Part shown: one piece after another, positions 1 to 7,772 of the stretch
Layout: each line of letters opens with the position of its first letter
How positions within the stretch are numbered: position 1 is the stretch's first letter
Made by a program: the position numbers and the translations under genes
IMG/VR virus record: IMGVR_UViG_2863298641_000001
Length of the DNA: 64,000 nt
DNA from: an uncultured virus (IMG/VR IMGVR_UViG_2863298641_000001)
Lineage: Duplodnaviria > Heunggongvirae > Uroviricota > Caudoviricetes
Direction: 5' to 3' (one strand)
The notes under the pieces: model-generated
The model's database searches: none
What the model saw: the letters and a program-made list of their open reading frames with translations, nothing else
What the model was told of the DNA's origin: nothing

Positions 1-26
1 GCGATGATGAAGTTCAGGAACTTCTC
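1..26. repeat. att core, left copy (GCGATGATGAAGTTCAGGAACTTCTC)
   Basis: Identical to 63975-64000. Contains inverted repeat GAAGTTC-AG-GAACTTC (9-24). May extend beyond the window edge. Confidence 0.85.
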
Positions 27-172
27 GGCGGGTTGGCATGCAACCCTCCGACCCCGCATGCAACGAGCAACAGCCCAGGTGGAGGCGGGAGCCGGGCACG
101 GCCTCACACTTCCGCGTGCCGCCAGTGCTACGCCAGTGTCGCGGCGGTGCGCGCCAGAGGTGCAGACACTCA

Positions 173-198
173 TCTCCTAAATCTCCCCTAAACGATCA
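173..198 (+). promoter_or_regulatory. Putative integrase arm-type binding site
   Basis: TCTCCTAAATCTCCCCTAAACGATCA matches 63861-63886 at 24/26 positions. The two copies flank the att core. Confidence 0.7.
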
Positions 199-227
199 AG
201 CCATCGTTGCACTTCAGAGGGGTCGGA

Positions 228-329
228 CGGCCCCCTGCTCTCCTGCGTCGCCGGGAGGGCAGGGGGCCGCCCTAGTGCCGGGCCCCCGTCACCTCGGGGG
301 GGCAATCCACTGGGCGACGGGGCCGGCAC
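228..329. terminator. Two GC-rich stem-loops insulating the att end
   Basis: ggccccctgc...gcagggggcc and gtgccgg(g)ccc...ggggccggcac inverted repeats. Confidence 0.5.
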
Positions 330-395
330 GTCTGGATGCTTCGACCTTCCGGGTTGCCCGGCGATGCAGGTCGATGCCGCAGTTCACCTCTTCGG

Positions 396-411
396 GTGAA
401 CATGCGTTCGA
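396..411. promoter_or_regulatory. Putative LexA (SOS) box
   Basis: GTGAACATGCGTTCGA against the actinobacterial consensus TCGAAC-N4-GTTCGA. The GAAC-N4-GTTC core is intact. Confidence 0.6.
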
Positions 412-540
412 TTGATGGACACTACAGCGAGCCTCACGGCATATGCCAGATCAGCCGTAGGGCGCCAGGCGATTTCAAGATCACATAATGCCCGGTAAAC
501 CGGGCTGACTTGTGATCATCTTCGGCAGAGCGTTTATCGA

Positions 541-780
541 GTGCCGACCCTGCCCGACGACGACGCCTGGCTCCGCCGCGAGCGGCAGGCCATCGGCGAC
601 CGCATCCGCGTCCGCAGGCTCCGCGACAACCGCACCCAGGAGAGCATCTTCCTCGCCGCCGGCCTGAGCCGCTCCGCCTATCAGGAGGTCGAGTCCGGCG
701 CCGCCGATGCGCGCGTCAGCACCCTGCTGAAGATCGCAAAAGTGCTGGGCGTGCACGTCACCGACCTCCTTCGCGACTGA
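541..780 (+). CDS. XRE-family HTH transcriptional regulator
   Basis: IGDRIRVRRLRDNRTQE...AGLSRSAYQEVESG...VSTLLKIAKVLGV is a classic HTH_3 pattern. Confidence 0.9.
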   Translation: MPTLPDDDAWLRRERQAIGDRIRVRRLRDNRTQESIFLAAGLSRSAYQEVESGAADARVSTLLKIAKVLGVHVTDLLRD

Positions 781-918
781 CTTTGCGTCAACGTTTACCG
801 GAAGACAACATCTTGTTGACTGTTCACGCAAGGGCCTGAGGCGCATTTATCTGACCCGTTACACGCATCCGGTGACGCACCGCACATGGCGTGGCCAGGG
901 CTTACCCGCTCGGCAAGA

Positions 919-1140
919 TCAGCCCGAGTTACTTACCTCGGGGGCAGGCCGACCGCGCCGCAGGAGCTTGTACGCCTCCCACAGCACCTCGGCATCCGTG
1001 CACGGCTCGCCATCGACGCTTCGGCAGACGGTGCAGCCGACGGCATGGGAGACGTAGTCGCTGTATGCCTGCCGCGTCGGGCTCAGGTCGGCTCGGACGG
1101 ATGGGTCCGCCGGGGGGCTGTCGGGTCTACGCTCGTCCAC
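919..1140 (-). CDS. Small Cys/His-containing hypothetical protein
   Basis: HAVGCTVC...C motif. GGAG RBS precedes GTG 1140. Divergent from the GntR gene. Confidence 0.6.
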   Translation of the reverse strand: MDERRPDSPPADPSVRADLSPTRQAYSDYVSHAVGCTVCRSVDGEPCTDAEVLWEAYKLLRRGRPAPEVSNSG

Positions 1141-1210
1141 GCTGACGCTCCGATCGTCGGCTGCCCCTGAGGCTGCCCGCCTGCGGCCTCGGGGGCGCAT
1201 TGCTCCGCAG

Positions 1211-1260
1211 GTCTACTGCGGTCTACCGCACTGTACTGCGGTCGCGCGGTGTACTGCGGC
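1211..1260. promoter_or_regulatory. Direct-repeat operator (TACTGCGG x3 plus variants) upstream of the GntR gene
   Basis: gtctactgcgg/tctaccgca/ctgtactgcgg/gtgtactgcgg, followed by -10 TACGGT (1265-1270) 6 nt before GTG 1277. Confidence 0.55.
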
Positions 1261-1276
1261 TACCTACGGTCAAAGG

Positions 1277-1519
1277 GTGAGCGTTGATCTTGACCGGACC
1301 CGGCCGATCTGGAGACAGATCGCGGCCGTCATCGTGGGCCGCATCGAGGACGGCACCTACCCAGTCGGCGTGCGGGTGCCCTCGGTGGTGGAGCTGTCGA
1401 CCGAGTTCGGCGTCGCAGCATCGACGGCACAGAAGGTCTTGGCGCACCTGAAGACGGAGGGCTTGGTGCGCGCCGAGGTCGGGCTCGGCACGTTCGTAGC
1501 GGACCGGCCGAACTCCTAG
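1277..1519 (+). CDS. GntR-family winged-helix regulator (DNA-binding domain only)
   Basis: PIWRQIAAVIVGRIEDGTYPVGVRVPSVVELSTEFGVAASTAQKVLAHLKTEGLV...GLGTFV. Confidence 0.92.
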   Translation: MSVDLDRTRPIWRQIAAVIVGRIEDGTYPVGVRVPSVVELSTEFGVAASTAQKVLAHLKTEGLVRAEVGLGTFVADRPNS

Positions 1520-1553
1520 GCCGCTGCCAGATGGGCGGCCTAGGATCGTGACC

Positions 1554-1733
1554 ATGTCCACCACTCCCCCGCCCCCGGGCCAGCCGAGGCCGGCCGCGGT
1601 CGTGCAGGCGGAGATCCGTGCGCTGATGCAGGAGACGGGCGGCTGGCTGTGGGGGCCCACCCGTGAGCGGTACGAGCAGCTGCGGGACGAGTGGCTCGCG
1701 GCCGAGCGCGGGGAGATGGCGACCGCGGCGTGA
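1554..1733 (+). CDS. Small hypothetical protein
   Basis: Clean ORF with -10-like TAGGAT just upstream, followed by a terminator hairpin. Confidence 0.65.
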   Translation: MSTTPPPPGQPRPAAVVQAEIRALMQETGGWLWGPTRERYEQLRDEWLAAERGEMATAA

Positions 1734-1774
1734 GAATGCCCGCCCCTGTCTCTTGCTCACGAGGGCGGGCATTC
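1734..1774. terminator. Bidirectional stem-loop between convergent genes
   Basis: gaatgcccgccc...gggcgggcattc, 12-bp perfect arms. Confidence 0.75.
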
Positions 1775-1785
1775 CCATCCTGCCA

Positions 1786-1974
1786 CTAGCCCGCGGCTTC
1801 TGGCAGAATCTCACGACGGATGCCGTAGAGGCATGAGCTGACGTGGGCCTTCATCTGAAGGTCCCACGCCATGCGAACGGCGCTGGCCTGGTCCTCTTTG
1901 ACGGCAACGACAATCTCCGGAAAGACCTTCGCTTCATCGCCCTGCGGTTCCGCATATACCTCATACCGAGCCAC
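1786..1974 (-). CDS. Small hypothetical protein (62 aa)
   Basis: Strong GGAGG RBS (cctcc 1981-1985). Lower-GC codon usage. Confidence 0.7.
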   Translation of the reverse strand: MARYEVYAEPQGDEAKVFPEIVVAVKEDQASAVRMAWDLQMKAHVSSCLYGIRREILPEAAG

Positions 1975-1993
1975 TCTCTGCCTCCTTGATCCT

Positions 1994-2077
1994 GGTGTAG
2001 CTACACCGTAGGCTGGGTGTAGCTACACCGCAAGTACCCGCGAGAAAGGATCAAGGAATGGCTGTCGTAGCTACACC
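1994..2077. promoter_or_regulatory. Palindromic operators GGTGTAGCTACACC (1994-2007, 2016-2029, partial 2067-2077)
   Basis: Perfect 14-bp palindrome twice plus a partial copy, between divergent genes. Confidence 0.8.
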
Positions 2078-2093
2078 CGGCTACGGTTCACGC

Positions 2094-2297
2094 ATGCCGA
2101 ACCAGCCGAAGACCCCCGCCCGACAGATGCGCATCGGCGACGAGTGGTACGACTTCGACCTCGCCGCCAAAGCCCAAGGCAGCGAGCGTGCAGCCGTCAT
2201 CCGGGCCTTCATCGACTGGTACATCCGGCGACCCGACTCCGAACTGCCCGAACGCCCCGAAGCCAGCTACTGGCGGAAGGCGCAGACGGATGACTGA
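2094..2297 (+). CDS. Ribbon-helix-helix DNA-binding protein
   Basis: MPNQPKTPARQMRIGDEWYDFDLAAKAQGSERAAVIRAFIDWYI has an RHH pattern. Likely leaderless (TACGGT 6 nt upstream). Confidence 0.75.
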   Translation: MPNQPKTPARQMRIGDEWYDFDLAAKAQGSERAAVIRAFIDWYIRRPDSELPERPEASYWRKAQTDD

Positions 2298-2907
2298 ACC
2301 AATCGACAACTGCATAGAGTGCGGCAAGCCGAAGTCCGAGGAGCGCCGCCAGAGCCTTACCCGCGGGCGGTGCCGGAACTGCTACCAGCGGCACGTGTAT
2401 GCCCTGAAGAAGACGGGAGGGTTCAAGGCCATACAGCCCGCTCCCGCTCTGGAGCGACTGTTCAGCCGAGTCACCCCAGGTCGCAACGGATGCATCATCT
2501 GGACCGGCCCAGTCAACCCGATCACCAACTATGGGCAGGTATCGCGGGACCTGGATGCAGCCGGCTACGCACACCGAGCCGCCTATGCACTCCTGAAAGG
2601 CGAGATACCCGTGGGGCTCGTCATCGACCACGCGTGCCACAACCGGGACCCGGAGTGTCCCGGCGGCAACTGCATCCACCATCGGTGCATCAACCCGCAC
2701 CACCTGGACGCTGTCACCCAGAGCGAGAACCGACGCCGATCACCGCACACGAAAGCAGGCGCCCGCCGGACTCACTGCAAGCATGGTCACGAGTTCACGC
2801 CGGAGAACACGCGAGTTCGGACGACCGGGGCCCGAGTCTGCATCGCCTGCCACAAGCGCCGCCAGCGCGAATTCACAGCCAGGCGACGAATGGCAGCCGA
2901 GGCCTGA
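2290..2907 (+). CDS. HNH homing endonuclease with Zn-finger extensions
   Basis: GCIIWTG...YG...AHRAAY...IDHAC...CINPHHLDAVTQSEN, then THCKHGHEFTPENT...CIAC. Confidence 0.9.
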   Translation: MTEPIDNCIECGKPKSEERRQSLTRGRCRNCYQRHVYALKKTGGFKAIQPAPALERLFSRVTPGRNGCIIWTGPVNPITNYGQVSRDLDAAGYAHRAAYALLKGEIPVGLVIDHACHNRDPECPGGNCIHHRCINPHHLDAVTQSENRRRSPHTKAGARRTHCKHGHEFTPENTRVRTTGARVCIACHKRRQREFTARRRMAAEA

Positions 2908-2913
2908 CACGCA

Positions 2914-2945
2914 ACGCCCCGCCGGGCATCACTCCGGCGGGGCGT
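2914..2945 (+). terminator. Stem-loop terminator
   Basis: acgccccgccgg...ccggcggggcgt. Confidence 0.7.
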
Positions 2946-3140
2946 CATTCGAGTAACTGTCGCACCAGATAGCGCGGACAGAAGTAGACCCATCTTAGGC
3001 GGACTCACTGACAACGCCGGGGCGCGACGACTGGTGGTCGTCGACGGGTGGCGCTTCGCCGTAGACGTCGGGCCAGCCGTCTTCTTCCTCGGCCGCGGCG
3101 GGCTCTTCCTCGTGGATCATGCGGCCAGGATGGCAGACGC

Positions 3141-3344
3141 TCAGGCGTCCTCGGGCCACTCCGTCAACTGCTCGCCGCTCTCCTCGTCGGTGAGGGTGAT
3201 GCGGGCGCCGGGCATCGCGCCGAACTCTCCGACCCAGCGGATCAGCTTCCGGCGGGCGGTCGCCTCGTCATCCCACCAGCCATGCGCCACCGGCCGGCCG
3301 CCGGATTCAAGGAGCAGGTGGTAGCGGCCGGGGCTGTCAGCCAC
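3141..3344 (-). CDS. Hypothetical protein
   Basis: YHLLLESGGRPVAHGWWDDEATARRK, translationally coupled to the upstream gene. Confidence 0.65.
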   Translation of the reverse strand: MADSPGRYHLLLESGGRPVAHGWWDDEATARRKLIRWVGEFGAMPGARITLTDEESGEQLTEWPEDA

Positions 3345-3594
3345 GCAGCAGCTCGGACGCCGGGACCTTGAAGCGGTGACCGCACGGGGTGAAGTCGACG
3401 AGCAGGCCATCGTCGCCGATATCGGCCGTCCGGTCGGTGATCTGCGTGGGCTGCACATCGCAGTCCGGGCACTCAGGCAACGGCGGGTAGTCCGAGACCT
3501 GCAGCAGGTTGTGCGTGATCTCGTGCTCACGCTCGGCCATGCGCTGCTTCAGGTAGTTGATCCAGTCGATGGGCATCTGTTCGCGGTCGGTCAT
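3337..3594 (-). CDS. Small zinc-ribbon hypothetical protein
   Basis: CPDC...PCGH motif. Confidence 0.7.
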   Translation of the reverse strand: MTDREQMPIDWINYLKQRMAEREHEITHNLLQVSDYPPLPECPDCDVQPTQITDRTADIGDDGLLVDFTPCGHRFKVPASELLRG

Positions 3595-3639
3595 GCCCTC
3601 AGGATGGCAGAGGTCACCGACACACCTATTATCGAACGC

Positions 3640-3978
3640 GTGAACGATTCACTGTCCCGCCTCGAGCTCCTCCGCTTCCTGGAACGCGTCCAAGAGGCCG
3701 ACCTCGAGCGCACCCGGCGGTGGATCGCAGACGAGGAACGCCGCCAGCTCGAGCGACAGCAGGGCGAGCAGGCCCGGCCGCCCGCACCGGACTGGGTCCT
3801 CGAGCTCGGCCTTAACCGGGACGCACCCGCCGTGTACGTGCACGAGGGCGGCTGCTGGAACGCCGGGAAGCGCAGCAAGGGAGTCGACCGGAGCACTGCG
3901 CTACGGGCCCTCGCCGAGGGAGTCGCCGCCTGCCCGCACTGCCGGCCCGACTCGGAGCTCGGCTACCTGGAGGCGTAG
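3640..3978 (+). CDS. DUF6233-like protein
   Basis: PDWVLELG...VHEGGCW...ACPHCRPDSELG motif. TATTAT -10 just upstream. Confidence 0.75.
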   Translation: MNDSLSRLELLRFLERVQEADLERTRRWIADEERRQLERQQGEQARPPAPDWVLELGLNRDAPAVYVHEGGCWNAGKRSKGVDRSTALRALAEGVAACPHCRPDSELGYLEA

Positions 3979-4048
3979 AGCGGAAGGATCCCCGTCCGAG
4001 CATGCCGACCGCTACGGTGTCGCCCTCAGTACACTCCCTGGGGGGACC

Positions 4049-4255
4049 ATGAAGATCTTCTTGCTGCTGTTCGCCGTGCTGCTTGGCGGCCTTGCTCTCG
4101 CTGGCGTCCAGCGCGCCACGCACTACCCGGACGTTCCCACGCTCGTCGGCGACATCATCATCAGCCTGCTTCTGCTGGCCGGCGCCTGGGCCTGCCTCAC
4201 CCGCGTCAACCACCTGAGCGAGGCGAGGAGGACAAAGCCGCAAGAGCCCAAGTAG
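4049..4255 (+). CDS. Small two-TM membrane protein (moron)
   Basis: Two hydrophobic segments and a basic C-terminal tail. Confidence 0.7.
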   Translation: MKIFLLLFAVLLGGLALAGVQRATHYPDVPTLVGDIIISLLLLAGAWACLTRVNHLSEARRTKPQEPK

Positions 4256-4603
4256 GGGCAGCCGCAGGGCCTCCCGTGGGGAGCCGGGAGGTGCGGCGGG
4301 CCCTGCCGTTTTCAGGTCGGCAGGGCCCAGGGAGGGGCATTCACCCGGGGGTTGGTCGGATCACCCGCATGCACACCATGCATCACGAACCAGCCACCGC
4401 GGAAGCCGTCGGCTGAAAATGAATGATCCGGTGCACGACCCGTGACAGGCGGGCCAGTTGCGGCATAACGTGACCGGGCGGCCTGCCTCGTCCGCAGCGA
4501 CCCCCTCGGGGGCGTGGGGAGTACCCCGCAGGCAGGCCGCACCCTATGCTGACGCAGCGACGCCCCGCCCACTTACCCTGGGCGGGGCGTCGTGCTTCAG
4601 GCG

Positions 4604-4816
4604 TCAGGCGTCGGGGATCTCTTCGGCGTGCACCGTCTCGAAATGCCACCACCTGCCGTCAGACCACTGCATGACCTTCGCGGTGTCGGCGCCAGAGCGA
4701 AGGGCCGCGCGGACGTGCTCGAAGGCCTTGGCTTCACTGGTGTGCTCGACTTCGGCGAGCTGGACCCCGTTCTGAGTCGGGATCACGCGCCAGGGCTTGC
4801 GGGGCTTGGCCGTCAT
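4604..4816 (-). CDS. Hypothetical protein coupled to the resolvase
   Basis: ATGA overlap with the resolvase stop. Confidence 0.7.
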   Translation of the reverse strand: MTAKPRKPWRVIPTQNGVQLAEVEHTSEAKAFEHVRAALRSGADTAKVMQWSDGRWWHFETVHAEEIPDA

Positions 4817-5394
4817 GATCGTGATTCCTCCCTTTCCAGGTATCTGTAGATGGTGGTGCGGGCGACGCCGAGTTCGTCGGCGATGTCCTGCACGGTGTGC
4901 TTGCGCTTGCCGTCGTCGCCGAGCTCGTCGTACATCTCCTGGGCAAGCTGGACCTGCCGGGGCTTGAGTGCCTGCTTCCTGCCGCCGACCCGGCCTCGCG
5001 CCCGGGCGGCGGCGAGGCCGTCCTGGGTGCGCTCGACGATGAGAGCGCGCTCGAACTCGGCGATGGCACCGAGGATCTGGAAGAACATGCGACCGGCCGG
5101 GGTGCTGGTGTCGATGCTCTGGTCGAGCACGACCAGGTTGACACCCCTCTTCTCCAGCTGCTCGGCGAGCTCGATGAGGTTCTTCAGAGAGCGACCGAGC
5201 CGGTCGAGCTTGGTGATGACGAGCTCGTCGCCTTCACGTGCGGCGATGAGGGCCTTGTCGAGTTCGGGCCGCGAGGCGAGCTTGCCGGAGGCCTTGTCGA
5301 CGAAGACGGGGTCGCAGCCGGCGTCCCGGAGTGCGTCCTCCTGTGCGTCTGGGTTCTGGTCGCGGGTCGAGACGCGGCCGTATCCGATTCTCAT
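4813..5394 (-). CDS. Small serine recombinase (resolvase/invertase family)
   Basis: RIGYGRVSTRDQ, ASRPEL, VITKLDRLGRS, IDTSTPAGR, AEFERALIVERT, C-terminal HTH (IADELGVARTTIYRYL). Confidence 0.95.
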   Translation of the reverse strand: MRIGYGRVSTRDQNPDAQEDALRDAGCDPVFVDKASGKLASRPELDKALIAAREGDELVITKLDRLGRSLKNLIELAEQLEKRGVNLVVLDQSIDTSTPAGRMFFQILGAIAEFERALIVERTQDGLAAARARGRVGGRKQALKPRQVQLAQEMYDELGDDGKRKHTVQDIADELGVARTTIYRYLEREESRS

Positions 5395-5520
5395 GGACTC
5401 AGAGTATCGATTCCGAACCCTTTGCGCTACATAGTTAGTGACACGAGTTTCCGACAACTTCGTGCTGCAGAAACGGCGTTGCTTGCCGATCCGTCCGTAG
5501 ACGGTCGTTTCTCGACATGA
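5395..5520. promoter_or_regulatory. Putative res site/promoter of the resolvase
   Basis: AT-richer ~125-bp non-coding segment with imperfect dyads directly upstream of the resolvase, the usual location of res. Confidence 0.5.
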
Positions 5521-5524
5521 CGAA

Positions 5525-5550
5525 ACGCCCCCTCCCGAAGGAGGGGGCGT
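5525..5550. terminator. Stem-loop terminator
   Basis: acgccccctcc-cgaa-ggagggggcgt. Confidence 0.75.
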
Positions 5551-5660
5551 CGTTCAGTCTTCGTCGTCGGCCGGCGGCCAGGGCGGCGGTTCGAGGAACG
5601 GCCAGCGGGACAGCCACAGGGGGGCCTCAGGCTCTGCGTCTTCAATCGGGGTCACGGCGG

Positions 5661-6380
5661 TCACCTCAGCCAGTAGTTCGCGGCGAGCTGCTTCAGGCCG
5701 GCCAGGTCGTAGGCCGTCAAAAACTTCCCGGCGCCGGTGCTGGTCCGGTAGCCGCCGTTCGGGGCGCACTCGACCGGCAGCCAGCCGGCATCACTGACCA
5801 CGCACTCGAAGTCCTCGACCGTGCCGTCCTTGTCGCGGTCGTAGTTCGGGTGGTCGAGGCCGAAGATATGCCCGAGTTCGTGGCTGACGACGTTCTTCCG
5901 GTAGATGTCGTTCAGGGTCGCGTTCGTGGAGAACCAGTTGCTCGAGGTCCAGTACTCGCTGTCGATGAGGAGGTGCCCGCCCCACGCGGAGTCGTCTGCG
6001 GTGTCGTGGCAGGCGAGGGCTTTGCTGACGCCGGCCTTGCCGGTGGGCCGGTACAGGTAGTGGACGACGATGGCATGCCGGGACGGGCAGCTGCTGATCG
6101 GGGTGTCGTCGAGGGCGGTGGTGACGGTGATGGGGACGCCGACGCTGGTGGTGACCTGGTTGGCCGGCGTCTTGAAGTACGGGGCGAGCTTGGTGCGGGC
6201 GGTGTCGTCGGCGAAAACGATCGTGTAGCCGTCCGGGGCGAGGCTGTAGATGCCGTTGGCCGTCCACGCCCGCCAGCCGGTGCCCGAGTACACGGGTGTC
6301 GCGGCGGAGGCCTGGCCGGGCGCGACGGCCAGCAGCAGGGCGGCCAGGATGGCGGGCAGAGTGAGTCGGGCAGCGCGCAT
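5661..6380 (-). CDS. Secreted zinc metalloprotease (metzincin/matrixin-like)
   Basis: Signal peptide MRAARLTLPAILAALLLAVAPGQASA and zinc motif HELGHIFGLDH (HExxHxxGxxH). Confidence 0.85.
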   Translation of the reverse strand: MRAARLTLPAILAALLLAVAPGQASAATPVYSGTGWRAWTANGIYSLAPDGYTIVFADDTARTKLAPYFKTPANQVTTSVGVPITVTTALDDTPISSCPSRHAIVVHYLYRPTGKAGVSKALACHDTADDSAWGGHLLIDSEYWTSSNWFSTNATLNDIYRKNVVSHELGHIFGLDHPNYDRDKDGTVEDFECVVSDAGWLPVECAPNGGYRTSTGAGKFLTAYDLAGLKQLAANYWLR

Positions 6381-6400
6381 GCGGTCTCCGGAAAGGCGAA

Positions 6401-6425
6401 AGCCCCCGCCGGGTTGGCGGGGGCT
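6401..6425 (-). terminator. Stem-loop after the lysis cassette
   Basis: agcccccgcc-gggtt-ggcgggggct. Confidence 0.7.
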
Positions 6426-6437
6426 GCGGGTGGTCGG

Positions 6438-6593
6438 TCAGGCCGGGACGTCGCCGGCGTCATACACGGGCGGCGGGGGCGGCTCCGGGGAGGCGACGGG
6501 CGGCGGCTCGGCCTCGCCGATGGCGATGAGCACCGTGATGTCGGCGGCGCCGGGATCCGGCCGAGGCTGTACCGGCCGCGGCGGTTCTGCCAT
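6438..6593 (-). CDS. Small proline-rich protein at the end of the lysis cassette
   Basis: GGAG RBS. ORF abuts the upstream gene. Confidence 0.55.
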   Translation of the reverse strand: MAEPPRPVQPRPDPGAADITVLIAIGEAEPPPVASPEPPPPPVYDAGDVPA

Positions 6594-6594
6594 G

Positions 6595-6954
6595 TCACAC
6601 TCCAGTTCGGTTGTACTCCTCGACCAGCGGATGTGGCGGCTCGGGCTCGATTCCCGCACGCGTCATCTGCCGGCACCAGCGATCGGCACTCCAGGAGAAG
6701 GCCCGCAGCAACGACTCCAGCCGGGACTGCTTCGTCCGCAGCTCCCCGTTCTCCTTGTCGACGCGCTCCACCGTGGCCTGCAGCACCGACAGGTCAGCGG
6801 TCCTCTGTGCCGGGGCCACCTGAACCTGCGCTGCCGCCTGCGTGGCCTCGGCCGTGGCAGCGGCTGCCTCCCGTGTGGCTCGCGCGGCGAACCACCCGGC
6901 GACGATCATGCCAAGCGTTCCGAACGCAGCTGTGATGCCCGCCCACAACGTCAT
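6595..6954 (-). CDS. Membrane-anchored coiled-coil lysis accessory protein
   Basis: N-terminal TM (MTLWAGITAAFGTLGMIVAGWF) then coiled coil. ATGA overlap. Confidence 0.7.
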   Translation of the reverse strand: MTLWAGITAAFGTLGMIVAGWFAARATREAAAATAEATQAAAQVQVAPAQRTADLSVLQATVERVDKENGELRTKQSRLESLLRAFSWSADRWCRQMTRAGIEPEPPHPLVEEYNRTGV

Positions 6955-7394
6955 GGCGCCTTGCCTCTCCGGGCAAGCCTCGGCACGTGGGGGACCGAGT
7001 ACTCGGGCACCGTGGCCGCCCACATGATGACCCCGCAGTGTGAGGTCAGGTACCAGATCGCGACCCAGATGCCGCGAGAGTAGGTGCCGCCGACGACTGC
7101 GGCGCTGTAGGCGATGGCCCACACCGTGGGGGGAATGAGCGCGGCCATGAAACCCGCCCAATCGCGGCCGACCTGGAAGAAGGCAAAGGTCGTCGTCACG
7201 AGGCCGCAGATGATCCAGAGCCAGGCCCAATGCCTCAGCCCGGCGAACTGCGTGAGCAGGTGGAGCCCTTCAGGCCCCGGCGGATCCACGAGAAACCCGA
7301 CGCCCCAGCACGTCTTCCCGACGCCGAGGATGAGCAGGAAGTGGCCGCGGCGGCCCAGCATCGTTCGGATCCGCCGGGCCGCACGGCACGCCAC
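6951..7394 (-). CDS. Four-TM membrane protein (holin accessory)
   Basis: Four hydrophobic helices, located in the lysis cassette. Confidence 0.75.
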   Translation of the reverse strand: MACRAARRIRTMLGRRGHFLLILGVGKTCWGVGFLVDPPGPEGLHLLTQFAGLRHWAWLWIICGLVTTTFAFFQVGRDWAGFMAALIPPTVWAIAYSAAVVGGTYSRGIWVAIWYLTSHCGVIMWAATVPEYSVPHVPRLARRGKAP

Positions 7395-7751
7395 TCAGAC
7401 CGCCGTCGGGCCGGTCGGCGCGGTGGGACTGGACGGCGTGACCTGGGCGCGGGTCAGCAGGGTGAGCCCGGCGAGGACGAGCGTGTTGATGGCGCCGATG
7501 GTGGCCTGGCTGACGTCGTATCCGAATGCGGCGACGAGGACGGCGCCGGCTGCGACGACCGCGGTGAATGCCTGCGGGGCGACGGGCCGGGTCAGGGCGG
7601 CGGCGATGGCGCCGAGGATCGCGGAGACGGCGGCGACGATCGCGCCGGCCTGGTCCGCGGTGAGCCCGGTGAATCCGAGCGACACGATGAGGCCGAGGAC
7701 GGCCGACAGCGTGTTCAGGACGACGACCGGCTCTCTGCCGAAGATCTTCAT
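7395..7751 (-). CDS. Holin
   Basis: MKIFGREPV start, about 4 TM helices with internal duplication, C-terminal RAQVTP, downstream of the endolysin. Confidence 0.8.
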   Translation of the reverse strand: MKIFGREPVVVLNTLSAVLGLIVSLGFTGLTADQAGAIVAAVSAILGAIAAALTRPVAPQAFTAVVAAGAVLVAAFGYDVSQATIGAINTLVLAGLTLLTRAQVTPSSPTAPTGPTAV

Positions 7752-7772
7752 TGGGGTCTCGTTTCTTCCAGG

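Noticed and set aside
1..26. tRNA or tmRNA integration target
   Set aside because: No T-arm GTTCGA or CCA-end pattern. No tRNA genes were recognised anywhere in the window.
4813..5394. Tn3-like transposon or tail-fibre shufflon
   Set aside because: No transposase, terminal inverted repeats or inverted fibre cassettes were seen.
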